Part shown: positions 40,285 to 41,046 of the stretch, one piece after another
How the letters are laid out: every line of letters begins with the position of its first letter
Position numbering within the stretch: the first letter of the stretch is position 1
NCBI GenBank assembly: GCA_040255145.1
Contig: JBDZUN010000004.1
Span: 1-41,046, forward strand
Reading direction: 5' to 3'
DNA: 41,046 nucleotides
DNA from: Hyphomicrobiales bacterium
GTDB taxonomy: Bacteria > Pseudomonadota > Alphaproteobacteria > JBDZUN01
Notes under the pieces: model-generated
Seen by the model: the letters and a program-made list of their open reading frames with translations, nothing else
Told to the model about the DNA's origin: nothing
Database searches by the model: none
Program-made: the position numbers and the translations under genes

Positions 40285-41046
40285 GCCGTGGCCGTCGCCA
40301 GGGGGGCTGCTTTGGCCGGTTCAGCCTCGCGCACGCTTTGCCACCAGGGCACCAGGCCCCTGAGGCCGTCGGCCAGCGGCACGGTCGCCTCGAACCCGAT
40401 CAGGACCTTCGCCGCCGACACGTCGGCCAGGCGCCGGCGGACCGGATTGACCGCCCGCTCCGCCGCGTGCTCCGGGCGCAGATCGGGGCGGCCCATCGCC
40501 GTGGCGAGCTGTTCGGCAAGCTGCGCCAGACTGGTCTCGATCCCGGTCGCGACGTTCAGCACCGTGTCGGTCGCGTCCGACTCCGCCGCCAGAATGTTGG
40601 CGCGCGCGATATCGTCGACGTGGACGAAGTCCATGGTCTGCAGCCCGTTGCCGAAGATGACTGGCGGCAGGCCGGCGTCGATCCGCTCCATCCAGCGGAT
40701 CAGAACCTCCGTGTACTTGCCATGGGTGTCCATGCGCGGCCCGTAGGCGTTGAAATAGCGCAAGCCGACATAGTCCAGGCCGTACTGGTCGTTGAACGCG
40801 CGCAGAAGCCCTTCGCCGAAGGCCTTGGCCGCGCCGTAGAGCGTGCGGTTCGGGTAGGGCGAACAGGCCTCGGTGGTCGGAAAGCGGTCCGCCATGCCGT
40901 AAACCGACGCCGACGACGAATAGACCAGCTTGCGCACGCCCTCGGTGACGCACAGCTCGGCCAGGTCGAAGGTCGCATCGACCATGACCTCCAGCGCGGC
41001 GCGCGGCTCGGCGGCGCAATGGGTGATGCGCAAGGCGGCCTGGTGG
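40281..41046 (-). CDS. NAD-dependent epimerase/dehydratase (extended SDR), 5'-truncated by the window edge
   Basis: Carries YSSSASVYG and the catalytic YGAAK. The frame stays open to the window end (..HQAALRITHCAA), so the Rossmann N-terminus lies outside the window. The track start at 41033 is TTG. The stop overlaps the downstream ATG (ATGA, 40281..40284). Confidence 0.8.
   Translation of the reverse strand, partial: HQAALRITHCAAEPRAALEVMVDATFDLAELCVTEGVRKLVYSSSASVYGMADRFPTTEACSPYPNRTLYGAAKAFGEGLLRAFNDQYGLDYVGLRYFNAYGPRMDTHGKYTEVLIRWMERIDAGLPPVIFGNGLQTMDFVHVDDIARANILAAESDATDTVLNVATGIETSLAQLAEQLATAMGRPDLRPEHAAERAVNPVRRRLADVSAAKVLIGFEATVPLADGLRGLVPWWQSVREAEPAKAAPLATATA

Noticed and set aside
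1-41046. Search for mobile elements, prophage, toxin-antitoxin or known defence-system genes (nucleases, helicases, methyltransferases, integrases), tRNA/rRNA genes and riboswitch-like leaders.
   Set aside because: I recognised no such motifs in any frame. The only low-GC patches are short intergenic regions, with no flanking direct repeats or integrase. Absence is based on reading by eye, not on tRNAscan, Infernal or HMM searches.

Overview
High-GC (roughly 68-70% by eye) alphaproteobacterial-type chromosomal window. I support about 27 protein genes. I saw no rRNA, tRNA, CRISPR array, transposase, integrase or phage gene. The ORF track prints alternative start codons (GTG/TTG) as M, so I re-derived several starts from the DNA. 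Many long ORFs in the track are antisense or out-of-frame artefacts of the high GC content.

Gene order, left to right:
1. ectD followed by two MFS transporters (osmoprotectant module).
2. A classical alpha-2-macroglobulin / pbpC operon, then a Cys4 hypothetical.
3. A sensory-rhodopsin-transducer (ASRT)-like gene divergent from a LuxR-type regulator with an autoinducer-binding-like domain, followed by amidase and hydantoinase A/B genes.
4. A REP/MITE-like intergenic repeat and a perfect 23-nt palindrome.
5. A minus-strand block: FAD oxidoreductase, rhodanese sulfurtransferase, group III truncated haemoglobin, a COG0523 metallochaperone, and a 1746-aa protein. That protein combines an N,N-dimethylformamidase-beta-like domain, an Ig-like domain, four DUF4082 modules and three cadherin-like modules, and carries three 789-bp tandem units.
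6. A compact exosortase module: a 101-aa substrate with a VPGP-type C-terminal sorting signal and a DLIK repeat, an approximately 285-aa exosortase-family protein, and an overlapping 159-aa anchored protein.
7. A roughly 240-bp island of about 44% GC, with short motifs recurring at exactly 96 nt.
8. An exopolysaccharide locus: a pseudo-receiver LuxR/FixJ regulator, a Wzc-like co-polymerase/kinase, a short Wza-like OPX lipoprotein plus a separate beta-barrel OMP, and a GDP-sugar operon (epimerase/dehydratase, DegT aminotransferase, gmd, fcl).

The best candidate for an undescribed system is the minimal exosortase plus mini-substrate module at 28.8-30.6 kb. Second is the giant DUF4082 protein translationally coupled to a COG0523 GTPase. 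All family calls come from motif recognition and memory, not from database searches.
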